A stretch of DNA of 44,913 nt from Candidatus Woesearchaeota archaeon (GCA_964360175.1 CAYHUI010000001.1:16855-61767); one strand, 5' to 3'. Shown: positions 19,048 to 28,960, counted from the stretch's first letter. Made by a program: numbers and translations. Notes: generated by a model from the letters alone, not told the origin.

Positions 19048-19440
19048 ATCACTTTCTAATCTTCTTTTAAGTAATTTATTTTCAATTATCAATTTCTTTA
19101 AAGCCATATCATATTTATGTAACGCAGTTAAAATATCATTAAACCATAAAGTTAAATTTTTTTGATCTAAATTTAAATTTCCAGGTTCTAGTATTTCTAT
19201 GCTTGAAGGTAAAAAGGCAAAACAAAATTCTATTATCTTGTTTAAATCTTTAAAAGAGATATTAACATCAATGAAAGTGCTCCAAAGATTTTTAATCTCT
19301 TTTGCTTCTCCTAAATTTTGCTCTACGATTTCCCAATCTTTGCTATTTTTTAACTTCTCAACAATTTTTTGCATTGTATCTTCTATATGTTCCTTAGGAA
19401 ATCCGGCAATTTCAATTATTGATTTTATTATTATTTTCAT
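19042..19440 (-). CDS. Conserved archaeal hypothetical protein
   Basis: EIAGFPKEHIE and PSSIEILEP motifs; directly downstream of the lamin-tail gene. Confidence 0.7.
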   Translation of the reverse strand: MKIIIKSIIEIAGFPKEHIEDTMQKIVEKLKNSKDWEIVEQNLGEAKEIKNLWSTFIDVNISFKDLNKIIEFCFAFLPSSIEILEPGNLNLDQKNLTLWFNDILTALHKYDMALKKLIIENKLLKRRLESDL

Positions 19441-20919
19441 TTAAACTTCTTTTCCCTTTATTATCCCAATTATTATTGCAACTAACAATGCTGCAAATAA
19501 GTAAATACCAAATTTACTTGATTTTAAATCACTAGATTCGTATATTATATTGCCTGTTAAAGAATTTTTATTTATATTACTTTCGTTTAGCTTAACTTCT
19601 ATATTCTCTTCTTTTTTATTAGATTTAGTTTCTTCTTTCTCTTTAACAGTTTTATTTATTTGTATCTTAATTTCTTTACATAAAGATTTATCTATTCCTT
19701 CTATATTAAAATCTTTTTTATCTTTAGTGTCTAAACCTTCTAAAAATAAATTATAGGTACCGTTATTCAATTTTCCGTCACAATTAGGATAAATTTGCAA
19801 TGGTATTACCAGTTCGTTATCTGTAAATTTTTTATATATATTAAAACTAGTTCTCTTGCTAATTTCCTTATCTTTAATTGCATATAAATCTATACTATTT
19901 TTTGTTGAATTACCTTTGTAAATACGTACTTTAACTCTTAAATTATCTCCGAATTTAGCTTGTTTGTCGTTACCTAAATATATTTCTTCTATTATTAATT
20001 TAGATTCCCAAACTTCTTCTATCTTCATATTTTCACTTCCTGGGGTTGGTATAGTTAATTGCCAAATATCATTAACTTTGCTCCAAGAATTACTTTCTTG
20101 AGTATGACTATAGCTAACTTCATCTATTAAATTTGTTTTATCAAATAACTTTATTGTATCTAAATCATTATTTAAACTAAAACTTCCATGTTCATTTCTA
20201 TATACAACCAAATAATTTTTACTTTTTATTATAGTATCATCTAAAGTATTTACATCTGTAATTTGCAAGCTATTATTTTTAGAATCATAAAAAGTTAAAC
20301 CTTCTAAATCTAAATCTTCATCTCCATAATTATAAAGTTCGATCCATTCCCCTCCTGGCATAGCTGCATCATCTTCACCTTCAGGATCTGCTAGAAATTC
20401 ATTTATTTTAATATTGTTATAATCTTCATTTATTTCAAATTCATTTTTATTTCCTGCTGTAGAAAAACATTCTTGCCATAATCCTATTTTATCTGGTAAT
20501 TTACATAAAGAAAAATTATTTCCATCAGCTCCCCATTTACTATTATAGCTTAAAGCATCTAAAATTTTATTTTCCCTATCTTTTAAAATTATTAAATCGT
20601 TATCGTTATTTAAATTATTTCCTATTGTAGAACCAGCAGAATATATAGAAGCATTTATATCAGTGTAATTAAACTCTTCTTCTACAATTAAAGCATAATT
20701 ATTTTCATAATAAAATAATAAAGTTAAATTATCTTGACTGTCTTTATCTTCAATTATATAATTAGTTAAATTAATTATTTCATCATAAAAAATTTCTATG
20801 TATTCTTTATTGTTATCATTACCTTCAGGGTTATACATTATTTCATTAATATAAATTTCAGCACTAACAAATTCTAAACATAATATAAATATTATAAATA
20901 AAATTAATTTTTTAAACAT
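19441..20919 (-). CDS. Secreted lamin-tail-domain protein (two LTDs) with C-terminal TM helix
   Basis: INEIMYNPEG..EYIEI and INEFLADPEG..EWIELYN, LNND.D.I.L.D, PTPGSEN. Confidence 0.85.
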   Translation of the reverse strand: MFKKLILFIIFILCLEFVSAEIYINEIMYNPEGNDNNKEYIEIFYDEIINLTNYIIEDKDSQDNLTLLFYYENNYALIVEEEFNYTDINASIYSAGSTIGNNLNNDNDLIILKDRENKILDALSYNSKWGADGNNFSLCKLPDKIGLWQECFSTAGNKNEFEINEDYNNIKINEFLADPEGEDDAAMPGGEWIELYNYGDEDLDLEGLTFYDSKNNSLQITDVNTLDDTIIKSKNYLVVYRNEHGSFSLNNDLDTIKLFDKTNLIDEVSYSHTQESNSWSKVNDIWQLTIPTPGSENMKIEEVWESKLIIEEIYLGNDKQAKFGDNLRVKVRIYKGNSTKNSIDLYAIKDKEISKRTSFNIYKKFTDNELVIPLQIYPNCDGKLNNGTYNLFLEGLDTKDKKDFNIEGIDKSLCKEIKIQINKTVKEKEETKSNKKEENIEVKLNESNINKNSLTGNIIYESSDLKSSKFGIYLFAALLVAIIIGIIKGKEV

Positions 20920-21009
20920 AATCTTATAAAAAATTTAATAATTAAATTACTTTGTAAGAAAAAACCGGAAATTTTTTAATTAAGTTGTAAATATTTTTAA
21001 ATAGAAATT

Positions 21010-21396
21010 TTATCTTATTAATTCTTTAAAACTTAAACCTTTTTTTTGTGCGTCTTCTATAGAAATATTATAATTACCATTCTTACTTTTCTCTAATTTA
21101 TCTGGATTTAAAAAATACCAACCATGATTATCAAATTTAATTGCTATTATCGGAATAACTCCGAAATTTTCAGAAAAAATTAATAATTCTTCAACAGCTT
21201 CTTTATCTATATATTTTTTATTTCCCTTAATATTTTTGCACTCTATTGCAAATTTTTTATCCTTTTTACCAGCTAACAAATCTGGTGCTGGAAATGGAGA
21301 TGAACCGCTACCTGCTACTCTACAACAACTCCAATCATTTTCATAAAACATATGTAAAAGTTCTCTTTCTGCTCTTGTTCCTTTTATTTTTCCCAT
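21010..21396 (-). CDS. hjc: Holliday junction resolvase Hjc
   Basis: KGTRAEREL, RVAGSGS, PDLLAG, AIECK. Confidence 0.95.
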   Translation of the reverse strand: MGKIKGTRAERELLHMFYENDWSCCRVAGSGSSPFPAPDLLAGKKDKKFAIECKNIKGNKKYIDKEAVEELLIFSENFGVIPIIAIKFDNHGWYFLNPDKLEKSKNGNYNISIEDAQKKGLSFKELIR

Positions 21397-21443
21397 AATA
21401 ATAAGTAAGAATAACTTAATTAAATATTTTTTTATATGAAATA

Positions 21444-21629
21444 TTATAAATCTTTAGATTGTACAGTTCTTCTACCATTAGCTTCAGCTCTCTCACAAGC
21501 TTTTTTTATATGCCATTCAACTAACTGACTAAGTACGTTTGCAAAATCCCCAGATACATTCATTGTTTCCCCTTTTTTGTTTTTTGCATAATCTTTAAGC
21601 TTAGATCTTACTACTAGTAATTCACTCAT
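21444..21629 (-). CDS. Small histone-fold protein (face-to-face / DUF1931-like type)
   Basis: LLVVRSKLKDYA, NVSGDF, A.ERAEANGRRTVQSKDL; strong SD (AAGGAGG) upstream. Confidence 0.85.
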   Translation of the reverse strand: MSELLVVRSKLKDYAKNKKGETMNVSGDFANVLSQLVEWHIKKACERAEANGRRTVQSKDL

Positions 21630-21760
21630 TTTAATCCTCCTTATCCAAATATTTTTATTAAATTATAATGAATATATAAAGCTTTTGAAAAGATTTTTGA
21701 AAGATTTATAGAATTTATCATAATTAATTCAGTTTATCAAACCAAAATATTTAAATAGAG

Positions 21761-21780
21761 TGATTATATTGATATAATCA
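21761..21780 (+). promoter_or_regulatory. Palindromic operator of vapBC-1
   Basis: TGATTATAT-tg-ATATAATCA, a perfect 9-bp inverted repeat between the TATA-like TATTTAAATA and the ATG. Confidence 0.7.
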
Positions 21781-22007
21781 TGGTAGAAACAGAATCAATA
21801 GTTAGGATATGGGGGAGATCTTTAGGTATAGTCATTCCTAAAGATGCTGTTAAAAAAGCTCGTATTAAATCAGGAGAAAAAATAAGACTTATTATTTTAA
21901 AAAATAGCAATGTAATAGAAGAAACTTTTGGTGCATTGAGGGGGAAATGGAAAAAACCTACCAATCAAATAATGAAAGAGATAGATAAAGAATTATGGGG
22001 AGAATAA
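21780..22007 (+). CDS. vapB: AbrB/MazE-type antitoxin (VapB)
   Basis: WGRSLGIVIPK...FG.L...MKEIDKELW. Confidence 0.88.
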   Translation: MVETESIVRIWGRSLGIVIPKDAVKKARIKSGEKIRLIILKNSNVIEETFGALRGKWKKPTNQIMKEIDKELWGE

Positions 22008-22375
22008 TGAAAGAAGCTTATTTTTTTGATACATATGCTATAATTGAGATTATAAAAGGTAATAAAAATTATGAAAAATTTAAAGAAGCTAAATTAGCAA
22101 TTACAATATTTAATATTACAGAACTTCATTATTCGTTACTAAGAGATTTTTCTCAGAATATTGCAGGTAAATTTTCTAATAAATACTGGGATTTTGTAGT
22201 TGATCTAAACTTAGATTTAATAAAAGAGGCTAATTATTTCAAATTAAAACATAAAAATACAAAATTTTCTGCTGCAGATGTTATTGGTTACATAACAGCA
22301 AAAAGACTTGGTGTTAAATTTCTTACAGGGGATAATGATTTTAAAGGGATGTCTAATGTAGAATTTATAAAATAA
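21995..22375 (+). CDS. vapC: PIN-domain toxin (VapC); real start probably ATG 22007 overlapping the antitoxin stop
   Basis: FFDTYAIIE, E, S.AD, FLTGD.DF. Confidence 0.9.
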   Translation: MGRIMKEAYFFDTYAIIEIIKGNKNYEKFKEAKLAITIFNITELHYSLLRDFSQNIAGKFSNKYWDFVVDLNLDLIKEANYFKLKHKNTKFSAADVIGYITAKRLGVKFLTGDNDFKGMSNVEFIK

Positions 22376-22377
22376 GT

Positions 22378-23847
22378 TTATTTTGGTCTCATAAAAGGGA
22401 ATAAAATAACATCTCTTATTGAATCAGTATTTGTTAATACCATAACTAATCTATCTATTCCAATACCAAATCCACTTGTGGGAGGCATTCCGTATTCCAA
22501 AGATCTTATAAAATCTTCATCTAATCTTTGGGCTTCCACATCCCCCTTTTTAAAATTTTTTTCTGCTTCTCTCCAATATTCTTTAAGTCTTTCAGGATTA
22601 TTTTCTTCAGAGTAGCTTAAACCTAATTCAACTCCATTAATTATAGGTTCAAATGCTTCTGAAAATCTTTCATCTTTTCTATTTACCTTTGCCAATCCAA
22701 ATGCTTCTCTAGGATAATCATAAACTAATGTTGGTTGTATTAATTTAGGTTGAACCATAGTTTCAAAAATAGCTATTAATATTTCTCCGGTATTTTCAAA
22801 TTTACTTATATCAATTTTAAAATCCTTTGCATATTTTTTAGCTTTTTCAAGAGTTAAATCGTTTATATCAACTTTAGCGTACTGCTTTAAAGCATCAGAA
22901 AATCTAATTCTTTTCCAAGGTGTTTTTAAATCAATAATATTATTTCCAACTTTAATTTTTAAATCACCCAGAACTTTTTTTGCTATATAACTTATCATAT
23001 CTTCACAAAATTTCATATTATCTTTGTAATCTGCATAGGCCCACATAGTTTCCATCTGTAAAAATTCTGGGTTATGAACTTTGTCTATACCTTCATTTCT
23101 AAAATCTTTGCTAAATTCAAATATTCTTTCATAACCTCCAACAATCAATCTCTTTAAATATAATTCATTAGAAATTCTCATATAGACTTTCATGTTTAAA
23201 GCATTTAAATAAGATTCAAAAGGTCTTGCACTTGTACCGCCGTAAATTGGTTGTAGTATTGGAGTTTCAACTTCAACAAAACCATTTTTTATTAAAAATT
23301 CTCGCATAGCTTGAATTATTTCATTCCTTTTTAGAAATATTTTTTTAACATCTGTATTTACAATCAAATCAACATATCTTTGTCTGTAACGAGCTTCGAC
23401 ATCTTTCAAACCATACCACTCTTTTGGTAGAGGTCTTAAATTTTTAGTTAATAATTCTAAACTTTTAACTAAAATAGAGATTTCTCCTTTTTGTGTTCTA
23501 AAAACTATTCCATTAATTCCAATTATATCTCCAATATCTAATTTATTAAAAATTTCATAGGTATCTTTACCGACTTCATCTTCTTTAATATAAAATTGAA
23601 TATCTCCTGTAAAATCTTTTATATGTCCAAAACTAGCTTTGCCCATAACTCTTAAACTTATTATACGACCAGCAACAGAAACTTCTTTATTTGTTTTTTC
23701 ACCATCTTTTAAATTTTTATTATCTTCTAGAATTTCTAGGGCTGTATTTTTCTTATCAAATCTATAATTATAAGGATTAATATTTTTATCTCTTAAAAAT
23801 TTTAATTTTTTTATTCTTTGCTGCATTAATTCTTCTTCTGGTTTCAT
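22378..23847 (-). CDS. lysS: Lysine--tRNA ligase, class II
   Basis: OB-fold anticodon domain, RYRQRYVDL, EVETPIL, FRNEGID..HNPEF, YGMPPTSGFGIGIDRL. Confidence 0.97.
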   Translation of the reverse strand: MKPEEELMQQRIKKLKFLRDKNINPYNYRFDKKNTALEILEDNKNLKDGEKTNKEVSVAGRIISLRVMGKASFGHIKDFTGDIQFYIKEDEVGKDTYEIFNKLDIGDIIGINGIVFRTQKGEISILVKSLELLTKNLRPLPKEWYGLKDVEARYRQRYVDLIVNTDVKKIFLKRNEIIQAMREFLIKNGFVEVETPILQPIYGGTSARPFESYLNALNMKVYMRISNELYLKRLIVGGYERIFEFSKDFRNEGIDKVHNPEFLQMETMWAYADYKDNMKFCEDMISYIAKKVLGDLKIKVGNNIIDLKTPWKRIRFSDALKQYAKVDINDLTLEKAKKYAKDFKIDISKFENTGEILIAIFETMVQPKLIQPTLVYDYPREAFGLAKVNRKDERFSEAFEPIINGVELGLSYSEENNPERLKEYWREAEKNFKKGDVEAQRLDEDFIRSLEYGMPPTSGFGIGIDRLVMVLTNTDSIRDVILFPFMRPK

Positions 23848-23870
23848 ATTATTTTTGCTAATTATTTTAT

Positions 23871-24995
23871 TTAAATACTTTTCTTAAAAACTAAAATATT
23901 ATATTTTGCTTCTCCAATAAAAGCTTGTAATTCTTTAAATAATCTAAAATTATATTTTTCAGCAATTTCTTTTATAAAATCTGTTTTATTAATAACTAAG
24001 ATTATTAAACATTTTTTCTTTAGAATATTCTTAGATTGATTAAAAAATTCTCTGTAATTTTTTTCTACATCTTTATCTCTTTTTGAAATCACAAATTGTG
24101 CTATAATTTTATCAATGCTATTTTCCTTAAATTTTGTATCAAGCCATTCAATATTATAATTTTCAAATTTAATTTTGTCATCAACAGTAGCTATTTTTGC
24201 ATTTATAATACTATTCCTAACATTATAAAATAAACCATCAATACCTATTATCTTTAATTTTATTTTTTTATTAATTTCATTATCAAATTGATTAAAAAAA
24301 TTAGAATTTAGATTAAGTAATCTTAAAAATGGAAATTCTTCTTTTCTATTAAAACCTTGTGGAATTTTACAAGCGTACAAAGCAGCTTCTATTAAAACTT
24401 CTCCTGTACCACAATTTACATTTAACAAAGTTTCTTTAGTCTTCCATCCAGCAATTTTTAATAAAGAAAAAGCTAAACACGCATTTAAAGAATTTCTATA
24501 ATTTTTTACTTTATAAAATCTTTTATTTAATAAATTACCACTAAAATCAATTCCTATAACACAATTAGTATCATTAATATCTAAATAAATTATTGTTGTT
24601 GCATTTTTTAAATCGACTTTTGTTTTATATTTTTCTAGTATAACCTCACCAACTTCTCTTTCTATTTCATTAGAATTAAAATTATGATTTCCTAACCGAT
24701 TACATTTAACCACGAAACTATTTTTAATAAATTTAGAAAAATTAATTTCTGAAATTTTTTTGATTAAATCTTTTTTAGTAGAAAAATTAAAAATTTTATA
24801 TAAATAAATAATTTTAGTTACAGATCTTAAATTATAAGCTAATTTACATAAATCAGTTTCTTTTTTAAAATCGAATAAAACTATCCCAGTCAATTTTTTA
24901 GTATTTGTTTTTAAAATACTTTTAATCTCATTAGCAGCTATATCTTCTAATCCATTCATTGTTAAAGCGAGTCCTTTCATATTAATATATCTCAA
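23871..24995 (-). CDS. THUMP-domain RNA methyltransferase-like protein (Trm14/RlmL family), degenerate motifs; likely start ATG 24980
   Basis: GLEDIA..E, THUMP region, L.KR.Y, CGTGEVLIEAAL; no NPP(Y/F) motif. Confidence 0.78.
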   Translation of the reverse strand: MRYINMKGLALTMNGLEDIAANEIKSILKTNTKKLTGIVLFDFKKETDLCKLAYNLRSVTKIIYLYKIFNFSTKKDLIKKISEINFSKFIKNSFVVKCNRLGNHNFNSNEIEREVGEVILEKYKTKVDLKNATTIIYLDINDTNCVIGIDFSGNLLNKRFYKVKNYRNSLNACLAFSLLKIAGWKTKETLLNVNCGTGEVLIEAALYACKIPQGFNRKEEFPFLRLLNLNSNFFNQFDNEINKKIKLKIIGIDGLFYNVRNSIINAKIATVDDKIKFENYNIEWLDTKFKENSIDKIIAQFVISKRDKDVEKNYREFFNQSKNILKKKCLIILVINKTDFIKEIAEKYNFRLFKELQAFIGEAKYNILVFKKSI

Positions 24996-25021
24996 GAAAT
25001 ATAATATAAATACCTATCTAA

Positions 25022-25303
25022 TCATTCTTTAGGATAAATTATTTTAAAATCTTTAAATTCTCCAGTATAATTTTCTTCTTTTACATCTAAATTAGTTATA
25101 AAAGCTTCTTCTGGTCCTTTTCTGCAAAATTCCAACATTCTTTCTATCTTTTCTTGATCTCCTTCAAAAACAGCTTCAACTTCACTATTAATATTTTTAA
25201 CCCAACCTTTAATACTAAACGTATTAGCTAATTTCATTATATTATCCCTAAAGAAAACACCTTGGACTTTACCAAAAATCATAACATTAACTCTTTTTTT
25301 CAT
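25022..25303 (-). CDS. acyP: Acylphosphatase
   Basis: GKVQGVFFR, GWVKN, VEAVFEG, GP. Confidence 0.95.
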   Translation of the reverse strand: MKKRVNVMIFGKVQGVFFRDNIMKLANTFSIKGWVKNINSEVEAVFEGDQEKIERMLEFCRKGPEEAFITNLDVKEENYTGEFKDFKIIYPKE

Positions 25304-25369
25304 AAATATATATAGAACTAACTATTTTTAAAATTTATTAAAAAGAAAATAAAAAAAAAGAAAATATTT

Positions 25370-25720
25370 TTATCTTCTAGCCAAACTGAATACTGACTTA
25401 AGTGCTACAATTATAGTTGCTGGTACAAACATTATTAACAATGCGTCGTATACACCACTAATCCAACTAGTTGCTGGTCCTTCTGGTATTACTCCGCTAC
25501 CAAGGGCACCAATAATTACTAAGACAGCTCCTGCCATTAAAAATGCATTTACTTCCTTTTCTGCAATGTTTAATAGACCAACTATAACTCCTAATACAAA
25601 TAATACTAGGGTCATTGTTGTATTAACGATTCCTGCTGCTCCTAATATTACTGCTAATATAACTCCTATTAAAAATGCCCAGCTACCAACATACGATGTT
25701 CCTTCTCTCTTAGCAGCCAT
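25370..25720 (-). CDS. Small multi-pass membrane protein
   Basis: About 4 hydrophobic segments, GSWAFLIG, GLLNI..KE...FL, FVPA; SD AAGGAGG upstream. Confidence 0.75.
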   Translation of the reverse strand: MAAKREGTSYVGSWAFLIGVILAVILGAAGIVNTTMTLVLFVLGVIVGLLNIAEKEVNAFLMAGAVLVIIGALGSGVIPEGPATSWISGVYDALLIMFVPATIIVALKSVFSLARR

Positions 25721-25846
25721 TTATGTTCCCTCCTTTCTTTTTTTGAGGATCAACCTCTAAAATTCTAACTTATTTTACCATTTATAAAGTTTTTGTATTT
25801 AGATGAGTAGCGAAACTGTTATTTTTTGTAATTTTTTCAGAAAATT

Positions 25847-26824
25847 TTATTTGTATGTATTTCTTTCCATAAAAACTTTAGATGTTTTAACTGCAACTGC
25901 TTTTTCTTCTGATAAAATTTCTTCAGAATTAATTAAAGCCTTACCTAAACACACTAATTTATTTTTCAATGTTAATATAGCAACTGAATCATCTTTTTTA
26001 ACACAAGATTCTAATTTTGAAATTCCTGGAACTGATAAATTTGCACCATGACAAACAGTATTAACCGCAGAATCTAAAATCCAAATTTTAGGTAAGTGTC
26101 TTATTGCATCTTCTACTGGCAAAATTATTTTTTTAAGATCTTTTTCATTATTTTCTTCTTTATATAATGTGTAAGCATCTTTTAAATCATGCAAACTATA
26201 CCAATCTTTATCTGTAAAAGGTCCTGCTTTAGTCCTAACAAGTTGAACTAAGTGAGCATTAGTATTTAATTTATTTGCAAACTGCACGCAGAATTTTCTA
26301 ATGTAAAATCCAGCCTCACAACCTATCTTAAATAAAACCTCTTTATCACTAATTTCTAAAATTTTTAAATAATAAATTTCTCTTTCTCTCTCCCTTCTTT
26401 TTACAGCTGATCTTATTGGAGGTATTTGTTTTATTTTTCCTATAAATTCTTTTGCTAATATATTAATTTCACTTTCAGAAACTTCTTTGTGTAAATGCAT
26501 TAATCCTACATATTCTTTTCCGCTTTTTAGTAAAGTTTGAACTATTCTTGTTGCTCTACCTAAAGCTATTGGTAATGCACCTGTAACTTTTGGGTCTAAA
26601 GTTCCACTATGTCCAGCTTTAGATATATTTAAGATCCTTTGCACGTAATCTGAAACTTGATGTGAGGTTGGACCACTTGGTTTATTTAAATTAATAATCC
26701 CATAATTAATTAATTCTTCTATAGGTCTTTCATTAGGAAAACAACCAAATTCATCTGAACCTATTGCTTCTCTTTTTATTAAGACTTCCCTATCTATCTT
26801 TTCAAAAGGCAATAATTCTTCCAT
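25847..26824 (-). CDS. cbf5: H/ACA pseudouridine synthase Cbf5 (TruB family + PUA)
   Basis: KPSGPTSHQV, GHSGTLDPKVTG, QIPPIRSAVKR, AGFYIRK, CHGA.L..PG. Confidence 0.96.
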   Translation of the reverse strand: MEELLPFEKIDREVLIKREAIGSDEFGCFPNERPIEELINYGIINLNKPSGPTSHQVSDYVQRILNISKAGHSGTLDPKVTGALPIALGRATRIVQTLLKSGKEYVGLMHLHKEVSESEINILAKEFIGKIKQIPPIRSAVKRREREREIYYLKILEISDKEVLFKIGCEAGFYIRKFCVQFANKLNTNAHLVQLVRTKAGPFTDKDWYSLHDLKDAYTLYKEENNEKDLKKIILPVEDAIRHLPKIWILDSAVNTVCHGANLSVPGISKLESCVKKDDSVAILTLKNKLVCLGKALINSEEILSEEKAVAVKTSKVFMERNTYK

Positions 26825-26859
26825 AGAAATTTTATAATTAAAAATCTTTATAAATTTAA

Positions 26860-27237
26860 TTATCTTACAAATTCTACATTAGGCAAATCTTTGAATTGTG
26901 AATCTCCTGTAAGAAATTTTATCCCAATCTCTTTTGCTATAATATAACCTACACAATCTGACATAGATAACTTCCTTTTTTTATATTCTAATCTAAACTT
27001 TGAAGCTTCTTCTATAATAAATTTTCCATAATCAACTACAGAAATATAATACTTATCTAAAATATTTTTAGCTTTATCTCTACCTTCCTCTCTTAAAATT
27101 TTATAGAATATTTCAAAGATATTTAATTTAGTTAAAACTGAATTTTTATTAATATATTCTTTGTAATTTTTATTTCCATTAAGTATTTCTATTATTGCAT
27201 ATGTGTCAAAAAAATAAGTTTCGTCCATTTTAATCAT
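26860..27237 (-). CDS. vapC: PIN-domain toxin (VapC), paralog 2
   Basis: FFDTYAIIE, LSMSDC.GY, FLTGDSQF..LPNVEF. Confidence 0.9.
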   Translation of the reverse strand: MIKMDETYFFDTYAIIEILNGNKNYKEYINKNSVLTKLNIFEIFYKILREEGRDKAKNILDKYYISVVDYGKFIIEEASKFRLEYKKRKLSMSDCVGYIIAKEIGIKFLTGDSQFKDLPNVEFVR

Positions 27238-27448
27238 ATAATTCGTCTCTTATTTCATCTTTAATTTTCTGCGCAGATTTTTTAAATTTTAATATTCCGA
27301 ATGTATTTTTAATATCTTTGTTTTTTCTTACAACTATAAAATGTAAAATTTCATTTTCTCTTATAAGATTTTGTTTTAATTCTAATTTAGGTATAACTAT
27401 TCCTAATGAATTTCCCCATTTTTTAACTTTAGTGTCAAATTCTAACAT
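27230..27448 (-). CDS. vapB: AbrB/MazE-type antitoxin (VapB), paralog 2
   Basis: KKWGNSLGIVIPK, FG.L, Q.IKDEIRDELY. Confidence 0.88.
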   Translation of the reverse strand: MLEFDTKVKKWGNSLGIVIPKLELKQNLIRENEILHFIVVRKNKDIKNTFGILKFKKSAQKIKDEIRDELYD

Positions 27449-27502
27449 TTAGTTATACTTATGTCTAACTAATTTATAAACTTTTCCATAAAAAATCCGA
27501 AA
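27449..27502 (-). promoter_or_regulatory. vapBC-2 promoter (BRE/TATA) with palindromic operator; includes 32-bp repeat copy B
   Basis: TTAGTTA (27449-27455) ... TAACTAA (27466-27472) inverted repeat next to the start codon; minus-strand GAAAAGTTTATAAA. Confidence 0.65.
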
Positions 27503-27524
27503 ATTTTACAAATTTTCTAGAAAA

Positions 27525-28130
27525 TTAAATCAAAATCAGTAAAGAACCAACTGGATTTGCAATTAATAAATTAGTTAATCCTTTTATAAAAAAACTTGAA
27601 AAATTAAAATTAGGTTTTACATTTATCATAATTCTTGCTCCGACTTTATGGTAAATACCCAAACCATTATTTTCTTGTTTATTTGGACCTGCTAAAATTA
27701 AAGCTTCATACTTTCCAGGTTTAAGATTAGTTGTATCAACTTCAACATTAATAAGTTGGCAACCTTGTTCTTGTGTACATCCATTTCTAGATTTTCCATT
27801 TAAAAAAGGATCAATCTCAAATTTATTTGGATGAATTTTAATATTTCCATCTAAATTACCAGTACTAACAACAATAAATTCTCTAACTTCACCATCAAAA
27901 TTTAATACCATAAATTCTTGTTTTATAATCTCTCCTGATTTTACATTAACAAATTCACATTTATTCTCTTCATCCAATTTTAAACAACCAGGAGAGATAG
28001 CAGCACCAGTCGGAGTATCAGCTTTAACTAAATATGCTAAAATTGCTAGTAATACAAATATCATAATCATCATCGATATAAGTTGATTTGTTGTTCTTTT
28101 TAATTTTTCCAAATTTTTATAAGATACCAT
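27525..28130 (-). CDS. Hypothetical secreted/membrane protein (Ig-like beta domain likely)
   Basis: N-terminal TM/signal, LKPGKYEA strand motif, hydrophobic C-terminus. Confidence 0.6.
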   Translation of the reverse strand: MVSYKNLEKLKRTTNQLISMMIMIFVLLAILAYLVKADTPTGAAISPGCLKLDEENKCEFVNVKSGEIIKQEFMVLNFDGEVREFIVVSTGNLDGNIKIHPNKFEIDPFLNGKSRNGCTQEQGCQLINVEVDTTNLKPGKYEALILAGPNKQENNGLGIYHKVGARIMINVKPNFNFSSFFIKGLTNLLIANPVGSLLILI

Positions 28131-28135
28131 TTTTA

Positions 28136-28960
28136 TTAAGAAGGAAATGCTTGAATGCTTATATCACCTTTAAATGCTTGTTCTGATATCCCGCTTGGTA
28201 TAGTTAACCAAAAGTAAACCTCTTCTCCTTTATTAGGAAGTAAATTTTGTGATAAAATTTGTAAATCTTTAGATAGAGTTTTATAATTTGATTTATCTAA
28301 AATTGTATTATAATGTAAATTTTCTACATTAATTTTTTGCTCTGAAATTTGTTGACCAACCATATCACTACCACTTATTTTTAAAGTTATATCAGTATTA
28401 CCGCTATTAGTTATTTTCATAGGAAATCCTTGGATATCATCTTTATCATCTAATATGTTATCAGCTTCTACATCTAAACTATTAACATCTTTTTCTCCAA
28501 AATCTATTGGTACTTGATCTAAATCAATAGAAACAACTATATTCACTTTAAATGAGCTAGCAAGAATGGCTTGTTTATTCCCACTATCGATTGCAGTTAC
28601 TTCTACTTTCCAAGTTCCAGGAGGTGCATTGCTATTCAAAGTGTATGTATTTAGATATAAATCTAAAGTTTTATCATATTTTAACTCTAATTCTTCTTTT
28701 ATATTATAATCTTTATTTTCTATAACTGCAACTACATTAGTAATATCATTATTAAGATCACGAACTTTAGCTTTGATAGTTAAAGTATCATAAGGAACTG
28801 CTGGATCTGGGTTTATTAAAACTTCTTCTACACTAGGTGCAGCATTTCTAACATAAACATAAGTATAAGTTTTTTCTTCTGTTTCTTGAGAAAAAGAAAT
28901 TGACATTAAAGATATGAATAAGAAAATCCCCCAAACTAAAATTAAAGTCTTTTTATTCAT
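28136..28960 (-). CDS. Secreted protein with Ig-like domains
   Basis: Signal peptide; NAAP.V, A.V.D.N.DI..V, PPGTWKVEVTAID, IDFG, N.GN.DI. Confidence 0.68.
   Translation of the reverse strand: MNKKTLILVWGIFLFISLMSISFSQETEEKTYTYVYVRNAAPSVEEVLINPDPAVPYDTLTIKAKVRDLNNDITNVVAVIENKDYNIKEELELKYDKTLDLYLNTYTLNSNAPPGTWKVEVTAIDSGNKQAILASSFKVNIVVSIDLDQVPIDFGEKDVNSLDVEADNILDDKDDIQGFPMKITNSGNTDITLKISGSDMVGQQISEQKINVENLHYNTILDKSNYKTLSKDLQILSQNLLPNKGEEVYFWLTIPSGISEQAFKGDISIQAFPS

Noticed and set aside
19199-26051. Short opposite-strand ORFs at 19199, 19550, 21764, 25566 and 25803
   Set aside because: They overlap well-supported genes on the other strand.
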